This document shows positions 1 to 10,940 of a stretch of 64,000 bases of DNA, piece by piece; the first letter of the stretch is position 1, and every line of letters begins with the position of its first letter. Origin of the DNA: Lytechinus pictus. Lineage: Eukaryota. Location: positions 186,001 through 250,000 of the forward strand of contig NC_087251.1 in assembly GCF_037042905.1 (NCBI RefSeq). Direction: 5' to 3'. The notes beneath the pieces were generated by a model. It was not told the origin of the DNA and made no database searches. It was given only the letters and a program-made list of their open reading frames with translations. Position numbers and translations under genes: made by a program.

Positions 1-1065
1 TGGGAAAAGTCCTTTAGAACATCTATACATAAAAAGTCCCATTTCATACTTATACATATCGAAAATATTTAAAATTTTAAGTGAATGAAAAATAGGATAA
101 GAATGGGTGTAAAAAGGGGAGTTGCTTATAATTCTGACTGCACGTTTTTGAAGTTTATGTAATCTCTCTAAATAAATATTCGCAGTACTTTCCCAAGCAA
201 GAATGCCGTAATTTAAAAATGGTGAAATAATAGCATAATACAGTATCTTTAAAATATTTGGTGGAAATTATGCAATTTGTACAATATGCCTATGTTCTTA
301 GATATCTTATTGCAGATGGCATCAATATGATTTAACTACATTAAGTTATTGTCAATTATGACACCAAGAAATTTCAAAAATAAAACTTCACTTATTATTG
401 AATCACACAATTTTATATCAATTTCATTAGAATTTATTTTCTTATTGTAAATATCATAAAGTTAGTTTTGGAAGCATTGAGGGATAATTTGTTAAAGTAT
501 AACCAATCGGTAACCTTCTGTTATTCCTCATTAAATTCTGTTTGTAACGTCTGTAAATCTTTGTGGGACATGAATATACTGGTGTCATTAGCGAATAACA
601 TATATTTAAGTTTACTGGACACATTGCACATGTCATTATCATATAAAAGGAATAAAAGAGATCCAAGTATCGAACCTTGGGGCACTCCACATCGTATAGA
701 TTTCAATTCTGATTTAATTCCATTACATAATACATATTGTTAGCGATTAGATAGATAATCTTTTAACAAGTCTAAAGTAATTCCTCTTATTCCATATGCA
801 TATAGTTTTTGTAACAAAATATTATGATCTAATGAATCAAATGCTTTTCGCAAATCTATAAATAAACCTATCAATATACTCTTATTATCAATTTCATTTG
901 TAACTTTCTAAAATAAAATCAAGTAATGCTGACGATGTGGAGTGCCCCGCTCTAAACCCATATTGGCTATGGGTAAATATTATTGCACTTATTGATCATA
1001 TAAACATTTTTAAATTAATTTAGAAAAAACAGGTAAAATAGAAATGGGACGGTAATTGGACAATA
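1..1065 (-). mobile_element. Decayed L2/CR1-group LINE reverse transcriptase fragment
   Basis: Frameshifted motifs NYRPISILPVFSK, QYGFR, FIDLRKAFDSLDH, GVPQGSILG, LFANDT. Confidence 0.9.
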
Positions 1066-1185
1066 GTAAATGCAGAGGCTTTAATAGGAGGAAATTATAA
1101 TTTGTTTACAAATTTTCGGCATTACTCCTATTTGTTTAAGATCGGTATGCTTGATCTGTAATGAAAATCATAAGTCAGAAAAAAT

Positions 1186-1259
1186 TGGAACCAATGGGAT
1201 TCGAACCTGCCATCTACTACTTTCCGGGCAGCGACTTAACCACCAGGCTATTCTGGTTC
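1186..1259 (-). pseudogene. tRNA-like sequence (tRNA pseudogene or tRNA-derived repeat)
   Basis: Minus strand A box TAGCCTGGTGG, B box GGTTCGAATCC, complementary ends GAACCA/TGGTTC, followed by a T run; T-stem poorly paired. Confidence 0.5.
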
Positions 1260-3278
1260 ACGGCTAAGCCACGATGAACTGGAATTCAAATACCCTCGAT
1301 ACTATCTATTGTCCACGGCGGACAGCATTCGGATACTAATGAGTCAGAAAGAAGAGGATCGAGGTTATAATAATAATTTGAATATGTAAATATACCTTCG
1401 TTACTAGGTTAAGATGTGTCAAAATACTAAATAATTTGTTTTTGTCTTTTGGGGGCTATGATAATTTTTCCACGACCATGCTGGTAACTGACATTACGGT
1501 AACTGACTTTACACTTAATTTGCCGTAGAGATAACACATGGAAGTCAAATGTGTGGAATCATTGTATTGTATCTTCTGTGCAGGGCTTCAAATGAAAGTG
1601 AGCTTGACGTGGAAGTATACCTGAGTTTCTAGGAACATTTTAATGAAAAACTTTTTCTTTTTCTTAATTCCTTTTCTTTGATTTGAACATTTTATTATTA
1701 CCTGTTGGTAACTGACATTACACATTAACATTTACCAGTGCAGATATGATTTTCAAAGGCATAATTTTCTTGGTAATTATATGTAAGGCTTTTTAAAATC
1801 ATAAAAGTTTCATAATACTTCACATTTTAAATTATCAAAAGATAAGAAATGTATGTTTTACTTACTCCGGGGGGGGGGGGGGGGTCATAGCAGCTCCATG
1901 TATTCCTATAGTAATTTAATATTGCATTGACTGTACACATGGATTTTTCTCATTATACACCCATTTACATATATTCATCAGTTTTATGTTGACTTTTTAA
2001 ACCTTTTCCTTCTCCAACCTCCCCCTCCCCTCAATAAGGCAAAAGGGATAAGGGTACTCCTCCCCTAGGCTACCCCTCCCCCAAATCTCATGCAGCCATG
2101 TAGTTTTATTGATTCATATTCTGGTCAGTGCAAGCAAGGCTTGTTCATATCTGTCGGATTTCAATTTTCTTCATAATTTGTTTAATCATTTTGATTGCTA
2201 ATTTTTTTTCAAAGCCGTCAACAAAAAATAAACTCAAGCTTTTAAACTGAAAGTGAACTATTTGTAAATTACAAAAAAAGACATACATCTGTAGTTTTAG
2301 TACATCCATGCAACATTGATCAGAACTGTCAAATTTCACTTTTCATCTATACTTGTAAACCCAAAACAAAAATTGTATCACATATCTACACTACTAGCAG
2401 GTATAAAAACCAGGAATTTACTTTTAGCCCGGCAATGCTCAAAAGAATCCTAGAAACCATAAAAGGGACCCTGCAAACCCCCATTCATTGCAATGTTAAG
2501 CTTATCAAATGTTGCAGATTTTAGGCAATAGGTTGGGAAAAGTACCCCTTCCGCCGAAAAATGAAAAATAAAAAAATAAAAATTTTGTCTGATAATACAA
2601 ACAATTAGGTACTTGGTAAGTACATGTACATATGCAAAAAAAATTCACAGGAATTTTGTTTGCATGATTGGAATGCAACTTCCTTTATAATTTCATATAG
2701 TAGGGGAGACCGGGGTTAGTCGGAACATGGGGTAAGTTGAAACATTGTATTTTTCTTTAACGTCTTTAAATAAATTTCTGCAATACTGCCCTCAAGTTAT
2801 TGTCATTATCAACGGCCATCCACCATATTACAGACAACACATGTGCAACAAGCCTGGTGAAGTTAGAAACAAATTTTTGTTTTTTGACCTTCTGAGTAAA
2901 TTTTTTCTCATTCAGAAATGTTTGATTATCTCAGAGAAGTTTACAGATCAAGTTGGCCAGTTTAGGGGTATAATAGACACTTATACCAAGCTACAAAATG
3001 AGGTTATTAATATGCCATGGTGAAGTCCCTTTTTTGTGCTGTAAGCTTATAAACGTCAAATGAGCCTCCGGGGTTAGTTGGAACAAAATTGAAGGGGTTA
3101 GTTGGAACATGTTCCAACTTACCCCAAACATTATTATGAATGAAAATATTGGATATGAGAAAAAAAAAAAGTATTTCACACTCTTCTGAACATGTATTGT
3201 ATACCATGCTTGTTTTGTTTATCAGTTAGGTCTGAGTGTGCATTTAAGGCCTATTGTAGGCACCTAATGCAATGTTAA

Positions 3279-3880
3279 CCCTTATCAAAGGGGGGGGGGG
3301 GGTCAATTTGAGCCCCCCTCAAGAAATTTTGTCAATACGCCGTCGCACAAATTTTTTTGATTACACTGCTAGCTGACTTTTTACTTTCAAGTCTTGCGCA
3401 TCATTTGAGACCAAATTTGTGATGCCTGTGTGCGCGGTTTCAAAATTACGCAACAAATTGTATGTGCATGTTCGGACCCAAAATTGTTCAAAAAGGTGAT
3501 TCCATGTACAAGGTCAATGCAAATTGTGTTTTTCAACCAAAAGTCATAAATGTAGGATTATTTTTTACTTTTGCTGGTTCAAATAGATTCATTTTATGCT
3601 ATTTATGATCGCAAAAGACTCCTGACAAAGTCCATCGGAAAAAACAAAGTTCGAAAAAAAAAAATACATAAGAAATTATATTTTTTGCATTTTTTGGTGG
3701 ATATTTGTTATAAATGTGAAAATTGATACTCTCACCAAAAATTCTATTAGCTTAATAAATAGAGTTAAAGGCAAAAACATACAAAAAAAACAAATTTCTG
3801 GAAAATTTTATAATCAATTATGAAAAAAAATAAAAACAATCAATTTTTGTCTTATATTTTGATGCAGAAGTACATGAAAT
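3279..3880 (-). mobile_element. Partial piggyBac-like MITE
   Basis: TTAA|CCC terminus; similar to the reverse complement of the right part of 46118-46859. Confidence 0.65.
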
Positions 3881-3979
3881 TGCTGATAGTACACTTAATT
3901 GCATGTAAACTCAAACGCACCCAAATATGCGGAATTCTACTACACAGTCTGCTTGCGTGAGTGGCTGTATAATAGAAAA

Positions 3980-4306
3980 CATAAAGTTCAACGAATCCAC
4001 ACTTTAATATTTTGAACTTGAATAAGATAAAGCAAATAGGCTAAAACCATGTAATATTACAGTTTTAAGTAGTTTTAGTATAATTCTTACATAAAGTTCA
4101 ACGAATCCACACTGTAATATTTTGAACTTGAATTAGATCAAGCAAATAGGCTAAAACCATGTAATATTACAGTTTTAAGTAGTTTTAGTATAATTCTTAC
4201 ATAAAGTTCAACGAATCCACACTTTAATATTTTGAACTTGAATAAGATAAAGCAAATAGGCTAAAACCATGTAATATTACAGTTTTTAGTTTTAGTATAA
4301 TTCTTA
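3980..4306. repeat. Tandem repeat, 110-bp unit x3
   Basis: CATAAAGTTCAACGAATCCACAC recurs at 3980, 4090 and 4200. Confidence 0.95.
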
Positions 4307-4980
4307 ATTGACCATGCAGTGTTCCAACTTACCCCATACCATGTTCCAACTTACCCCGATATGGGGGTAAGTTGGAACGTTTGCGATAGTCTTGTTCAAG
4401 GTGGATTTTTTCAGTAACCATAATAGAGTTAAAAATTTTATGGGGTACATTTGAAGCCCTTAGATATATGCTTCAAGCTGATATATTGATTGTTTCTCGA
4501 ATAAAATCTATTTGGATTTTACAGCCATTTTTGTCAAAAATGTTCCAACTAACCCCGGTCTCCCCTATTCCTTGTGAACTATACCTTTTAAAAGTCAATA
4601 GCAAGCTCCTTCTGGTGTGATTTAACTGAGTAAAAGACTTGAATAACAAGTACATGTATACAATATTTCTTCACCATATAATTGACTACATTTGCATTTC
4701 ACTATTGGTAATCAACGTTTTATCATGGTAACTGACATTAAATCTGGGTAACTGACATTACATTTTCCAATTGGTAACTGACGTTACACATGTTTAAAGG
4801 TACCCTATGGCTTGATTGTTAATTGATTATCTTTAATTTTGGTGTAGAAGGGAAGGGTGTTACCTAAGGAGGAAATCTACCAAGTTTCATATAATATATC
4901 CTCTTTTCTGGGAAATGAGAAAAAAAAAGTTCATGTTTTTTGTTACTGACGTTACATACCATATATATCACATACTTCAT

Positions 4981-6580
4981 ACAACAGCGAATTTGGCCGA
5001 GACAATGATGTACAGGACTCTTCCCCAGCTGCATTAAACCGTATTTGTTTTGACGACATTTTCTGGAAACTGCATAGATCTGCATATTATTGATATGTAA
5101 CTTCTTCAGATTCTAACAGCCAGAACTAGGAGCCAAATGTGACAGCTTTCAAGTGTTTAAAATCAACATTACAGATGATTGCTCTGTGTGAGTAAGTGCT
5201 TTGATTTCTACAGTCCCATCTATACCATTTGATGTTATGAGCTTGCCTGGTTATGTGTGAATGAACTGGCTGGGGCCTAGATCTATGCCAGAACTCAATT
5301 CGTGATTCGTTTTACCTTGATTAACTTACTATTACTGCCTCTTCTTGCAAATTGACTATGTCTACTAAAACAGTCAAGGCTGTAATGGCTGAGCTTTTTG
5401 AAAAAGAAGAGTTTTTCCAGGCAATCTCAGATGGTGTGGAGAAAAAACTTGGTACTATTTTAGACAGGCTTACTCAACAAGAAACTTGTATTGCTGAATT
5501 GGAATCGCGTTGTAAAGTGAGGGATGTCAAGATACGTGACCTTGAGTTGAAACTGAGTAATTTGGAAACGAGATTTGATAAGATGGAAAGTGAGATGATG
5601 GATGTCCAGAATGGTAGAGACCAACGGGAGCAGCAGCTTGAATATGTGAAGAAAGAGCTTCAAAACCGAAATCAGGAAGTCGGTGACCTCAAACGCAGTA
5701 TGAATTCTTTGGAACAGTATTCGCGTCGAAATTGTGTGAGGATTTTTGGAGTCAAGGAAACGAATGGAGAGAATACTGATAAAATTGTTTGTGATGTTGC
5801 ACAACAAATCGGAGTAGATCTCGATGCAAGTGACATAGATCGCAGCCACCGTGTAGGGAAACCCCCAGCTGATAAGGCAAAGAGCAGGGGTATCATCGTA
5901 AAATCTTTAACCTAAAGACTCTGAAAATGCCTGATATATATGTATACCAATGTGCAATATTCATGTATTTATGTATCCACAAATTATTACCAACATCTAT
6001 TATTTCATATTTCCAACTGAACAGAAATATTCATGAATATTAAACTAGGCATTCCAATAATTTTCACTTTCCTTTAACAAAAACTTCAACCTACCAAAAT
6101 ACAATTTTTTATAAAGGTCCATTAATTTGGAATAAATTACCAATTACAATAAGACAGAGTCCAACGCTGAATACTTTTAAAAGAAAAATGAAATCTTTAC
6201 TATTACATAAGTACCTCTAAAATGTAACAGTTTGATATTTTAAATAAGAAATGTATGTCTGTGTGTTTGCGGGTGTTTGATTACGAATGGTGTATGTGTG
6301 TTGATGTTGATGTATGGGTGTTTGATTTAAATGTACTATTTTCAATTAATTTTACTTTGCAACTTTTAATCAACAATTCAATTTTTAAATCTTCTGATCT
6401 GTATGGAGATTGGCTTTTAATATAAGGCTCTGCCTTTCTGCCTCTCCTAATACTTTCATTTGTACATTTGTATTATTTGTTTTATATGTTTTCTTTATAC
6501 TCCTTTATATGTGTGTATATATCTACATTGTTATATGTTTTTTAATGAAAGTATTGAATAAATGAAATGAAATTAAATGA
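4981..6580 (+). mobile_element. Internally deleted LINE (L2/Crack-like): 5' UTR, partial ORF1, last codons of ORF2, 3' UTR and (GAAAT)n-like tail
   Basis: ORF 5352-5915 has a coiled coil plus LEQYSRRNCVRIFGV and DIDRSHRVG (L1-type ORF1 RRM); ~6100-6220 FYKGPLIWNKLP...FKRKMK; boundaries defined by the empty site in copy B. Confidence 0.85.
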
Positions 6581-6865
6581 AATATTTTTTTGAATGAATG
6601 GTGTTTCATTCTACGGGATTTTATAAAGTGTCATAATAGCAAGCTAAATCACAGGGGAAAACATCATGATCAAACCTGTTCTTAAAAATCTGTCAAAACA
6701 AAATATGTATCAATATACCATTTTCAACACTAATTTGTATCCATTTTGAAATAAAAAATGGCTGCCAGAGTTTCGGGTCTTGTATTATTGAAAAACATAA
6801 AGCATTTGACATGAATATCTATTTGAGTTTTTTTGCCTCTGTGTCCATCTGTGGTGAAAATGCCC

Positions 6866-8087
6866 CCCAGTACCTTCTCTCTATCCCACTCTCTCCTCCA
6901 TTCTTCTGATAGTATCAATGGTATTTACCCCAGTACATTCTCTCTATCCCACTCTCTCCTCTTTCTTCTGATAGTATCAGTAGTATTTACCCCAGTACCT
7001 TCTCTCTATCCCACTCTCTCCTCCATTCTTCTGATAGTATCAATGGTATTTACCCCAGTACCTTCTCTCTATCCCACTCCCTCCTCTTTCTTCTGATAGT
7101 ATCAGTAATTTTTACCCCAGTACCTTCTCTCTATCCCACTATCTCCTCCATTCTTCTGTTAGTGTCGGTGGTATTAACCCCAGTGCATTCTCTCTATCCC
7201 ACTCCCTCCTCTATTCTTCTGATAGTATCAGTGGTATTTACCCCAGTACATTATCTCTATCCCACTATCTCGTCCATTCTTCTGACAGTTTAACCCCAGT
7301 ACATTCTCTCTATCCCACTCTCTCCTCCATCTCCTGATAGTATCAGTGGTACATGTACTTACCCAGGTACCTTCTCTCTATCCCACTCTCTCCTCCATCT
7401 TCTGATAGTATCAGTGGTATTAACCCCATTACATTCTCTCTATCCCACTCTCTCCTCCATCTTCTGATAGTATCAGTGGTATTAACCCCAGTACATTCTC
7501 TCTATCCCACTCTCTCCTCCATCTTCTGATAGTATCAGTGGTACTTACCCAGGTACCTTCTCTCTATCCCACTCTCTCCTCCATCTTCTGATAGTATCAG
7601 TGGTATTAACCCCAGTACATTCTCTCTATCCCACTCTCTCCTCCATCTTCTGATAGTATCAGTGGTACTTACCCAGGTACCTTCTCTCTATCCCACTCTC
7701 TCCTCCATCTTCTGATAGTATCAGTGGTACTTACCCAGGTACATTCTCTCTATCCCACTCTCTCCTCCATCTTCTGATAGTATCAGTGGTATTAACCCCA
7801 GTACATTCTCTCTATCCCACTCTCTCCTCCATCTTCTGATAGTATCAGTGGTATTAACCCCAGTACATTCTCTCTATCCCACTCTCTCCTCCATCTTCTG
7901 ATAGTATCAGTGGTATTAACCCCAGTACATTCTCTCTATCCCACTCTCTCCTCCATCTTCTGATAGTATCAGTAGTATTTATCCCAGTACATTCTCCCTA
8001 ACCTACTCTCTCCTCCATCTTCTGATAGTATTAGTGGTACTTACCCAGGTATCTTCTCTCTATCCCACTCTCTCCTCCATTCTCCAG
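6866..8087. repeat. Minisatellite, 62-63-bp unit, ~19 copies, derived from exon end plus splice donor
   Basis: Unit CCCAGTACATTCTCTCTATCCCACTCTCTCCTCCATCTTCTGATAGTATCAGTGGTATTAAC; the last unit overlaps exon 8045-8217. Confidence 0.95.
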
Positions 8088-8217
8088 ATGATTCTTTCTG
8101 TCTTGACATCCTCTGCTGTTCTACTTCATCTCTCTCTTTCCTCCATACTTCATAATCCCTCCTTTCCTTGCCGGACATAGCCATTGACATCTCCATTTTG
8201 CTTCTGGGCGGACCATA
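8045..8217 (-). CDS. CCDC9: Host gene internal exon (173 nt, phase 0-2), conserved DUF4594-like core
   Basis: tttttttgttcag|TAT...GG|gtaagt; YGPPRSKMEMSMAMSGKERRDYEVWRKERDEVEQQRMSRQKESSGEWRREWDREK matches the CCDC9 pattern MTGRERxEYxxWKxERExIDxxRL...GxWRREWDxEK. Confidence 0.9.
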
Positions 8218-9674
8218 CTGAACAAAAAAATTTTAAAAGGAGATATAATTACATCAACATATCATTCTAATGTAACAAATATCATATTTTAAGCTATAGC
8301 CCTTTGCCTTTTCAAAAGACTTAGTATATTTTTCTACTGGCTTTAACTCAAGAAGTGTAGCATTTTGTGCAGTCAAAGAATCAATTCTACCAAGGGATCG
8401 TTTCATTAAAATTATGTTAAAGTTATGCATGTCTTTATGAATGATGGGTTACATCAAGCCAGGTGGGTTTATCGAATTCATTTTAAATCACATCTAATCA
8501 TGATTATGTTGATCAACATAATGCAGCTGATAGTGCAAAGCAAAGTATTTTCCACAAACAGAAGGACAGTCATACTTCTTTGAAAATCAGAATTACTATT
8601 GACCATGCATTTTGGCATTGCATATACATGTATGAATCATTTATAAATTTATGCACATCTTTATGAACTATATGCACAAACCCTTCCCTCTTCCTAGATA
8701 TTATATTTTAATGAGTGACAGGCATGTTGGAATTAAAAAAAAAAGCATTACGGACATTACAGACAAATTTGTCCACTTTCTTTAAGTGGTGGGGATCACA
8801 TGTTAGTGGAAATATTTTGTATTCATTTTACCTGAATTGTAAATAATTCACATAAAAAAATGTTGCCAAAGCATTATGATTTATTTTCTATTTTAGGGAT
8901 TGCCAATTTGAGGAATTTTTTAGGTGTAAACTGGCACTTTCTTAGATTACTGATTTTTCTATTTTACTGGAAGAAAAAATAATTATTTATGTCTGTAATC
9001 GAAAACTGATCTATAAATAACATTGCATTTCAAATTTCGACTTTGAATATCCAAAAATGTAATATAAGAGAAACGTTGTGGACATTACACTTTTTGTACA
9101 CTCGTGTAGCCATAGCATAACCTAACTATACACTAATAACCAACTTCTATTCTTATTGAAACTAATGTACATGTATATTATTCATCAAACATTCAATATG
9201 ACATTAAGAGCCATGATAGGATGCTTTTTCTTTCTCCTCATTTCAGTTTCCCAGTCCTGTACAAATTAATGCAGTCTTGAAAAGAGTCAGAAACTTTTCA
9301 GATATTACATTATACATTCTGCTTCCATGTCAGTTTCGAAGTAGATATAGTTTCTGTTAGTGATAGGTAGCTATTCTACACATGACTTTTCTTCCTCACT
9401 GTACACAAACATGAAAACCAAATGTGTGGATCTATGTATTTAAAAAAACATGCGCCATCAGTGCAATAAAAATTGAAACAGAACATACAATTTTATATTT
9501 TGCTATTGAAAGGAAATGTTCCAAATCGATGTTAAAGTGGTGTTTGTTACACAATCTGAGCAAATGATCACATATAATGATCAATCTAATCAAGCTATGA
9601 TCAAGAATTATAAAGCTTTATGTTATAAGGCCTTCGAAGCAAACTACCAAGTAAACCTCTAATATCTTTGAAAA

Positions 9675-10745
9675 TACACTTGCTGATTGCTTTAATTTAT
9701 TTTCAATGCTAAAGAGCATGTTTTTATTTGTCTCCTCACACTTAAGTGATTGCTCTAGTTTATTCCAATTCTAAAGAGGATGTTTTTTTGTCTCGTTACA
9801 CTTAACTGATTGCTCTATTTTATTTCCTATTCTAAAGAGGATGTTTATTTGTTGTCTCGTTACACTTAACTGATTGCTCTATTTTATTTCCTATTCTAAA
9901 GAGGATGTTTATTTGTTGTCTCGTTACACTTAACTGATTGCTCTATTTTATTTCCATTCTAAAGAGGGTGTTTACTTGTTGTCTCCTTACACTTAAGTGA
10001 TTGCTCTATTTTATTTCCAATGCTAAAGATGTTGTTTACCTGTTGTCTCCTTACACTTAACTGATTGCTTTAATTAATTTCCAATGCTCAAGAGGTTGCT
10101 TACTTGTCTCCTTACACTTAAGTGATTGCTCTATTTTATTTCCAATTCTAAAGAGGATGTTTATTTGTTGTCTCGTTACACTTAACTGATTGCTCTATCT
10201 TATTTCCAATTCTATAGAGGGTGTTTACTTGTTGTCTCCTTACACTTAAGTGATTGCTCTATTTTATTTCCAATGCTAAAGATGTTGTTTACCTGTTGTC
10301 TCCTTACACTTAACTGATTGCTTTAATTAATTTCCAATGCTCAAGAGGTTGCATACTTGTCTCCTTACACTTAGTGATTGCTCTATTCTATTTCCAATGC
10401 TAAAGATGTTACCTGTTGTCTCCTTACACTTAACTGATTGCTTTAATTAATTTCCAATGCTCAAGAGGTTGCTTACTTGTCTCATTACACTTAAGTGATT
10501 GCTCTTTTTTATTTCCAATGCCAAAGAAGTTGTTTACTTGTTGTTGTCTTACACTTAACTGATTGATTTAGTTTATTTCCAATACTGAAGAGGTTGTTTA
10601 ACTTATTGCTCTAGTTCATTTCCAATGCTACAGAGGTTGATTAACTGATTGCTCTAGTTTATTTCCAATACTAAAGAGGTTGTTTAACTGATTGCTTTAG
10701 TTTATTTCCAAAGCTAAATAGGTTGTTTACCTGCTGTCTCCTAGG
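9675..10745. repeat. Minisatellite, ~58-62-bp unit, ~17-19 diverged copies, derived from exon end plus splice donor
   Basis: Unit TTACACTTAACTGATTGCTCTATTTTATTTCCAATGCTAAAGAGGTTGTTTACCTGTTGTCTCC; the last unit overlaps the exon boundary at 10731. Confidence 0.93.
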
Positions 10746-10940
10746 AGGCCTGCCTCTACTTCTTGTAATGTTAGATCTGACATCATCCATAGTAGGTCCT
10801 CCCCAGTTCCTTGGATTCCTTCTGTTATTATCATGTTGGTCATGGTGTGGTACAGGTCCAAATCGTTGAGGATCATCTAGAAAGCCTTGTGATGACCGTG
10901 GGTGTTGGAGCTGACTAGCATCTTCATTCCCTGCTGCTTT
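10731..10940 (-). CDS. CCDC9: Host gene internal exon (210 nt, phase 0-0)
   Basis: ttctttctctgcactggcag|AAA...CAG|gtaaac; encodes FLDDPQR and RRNPRNWGGP motifs typical of CCDC9/CCDC9B; nearby alternative AG acceptors exist. Confidence 0.85.

Larger units (their letters stand above)
2703..4565. mobile_element. Non-autonomous TA-target (Tc1/mariner/pogo-type) element
   Basis: TIR GGGGAGACCGGGGTTAGT / ACTAACCCCGGTCTCCCC; TA at both flanks; the empty site with a single TA is present in paralogous copy B (~33300); internal GTTCCAACTTACCCC repeats. Confidence 0.9.
1371..6865 (-). mobile_element. Non-autonomous DNA transposon (Sola2-like), copy A, left-truncated, carrying nested insertions
   Basis: Reverse complement of 32562-34620; ends GTGAAAATGCCC at 6865; repeated GGTAACTGACATTAC motif. 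Confidence 0.8.

Noticed and set aside
1869..1884. Long G/C homopolymers here and elsewhere as G-quadruplex signals
   Set aside because: Lengths differ between paralogous copies; consistent with slippage or sequencing error
6730..7096. ORFs running through the 62-bp minisatellite
   Set aside because: Products of the repeat; most units are not a multiple of 3 and stops recur
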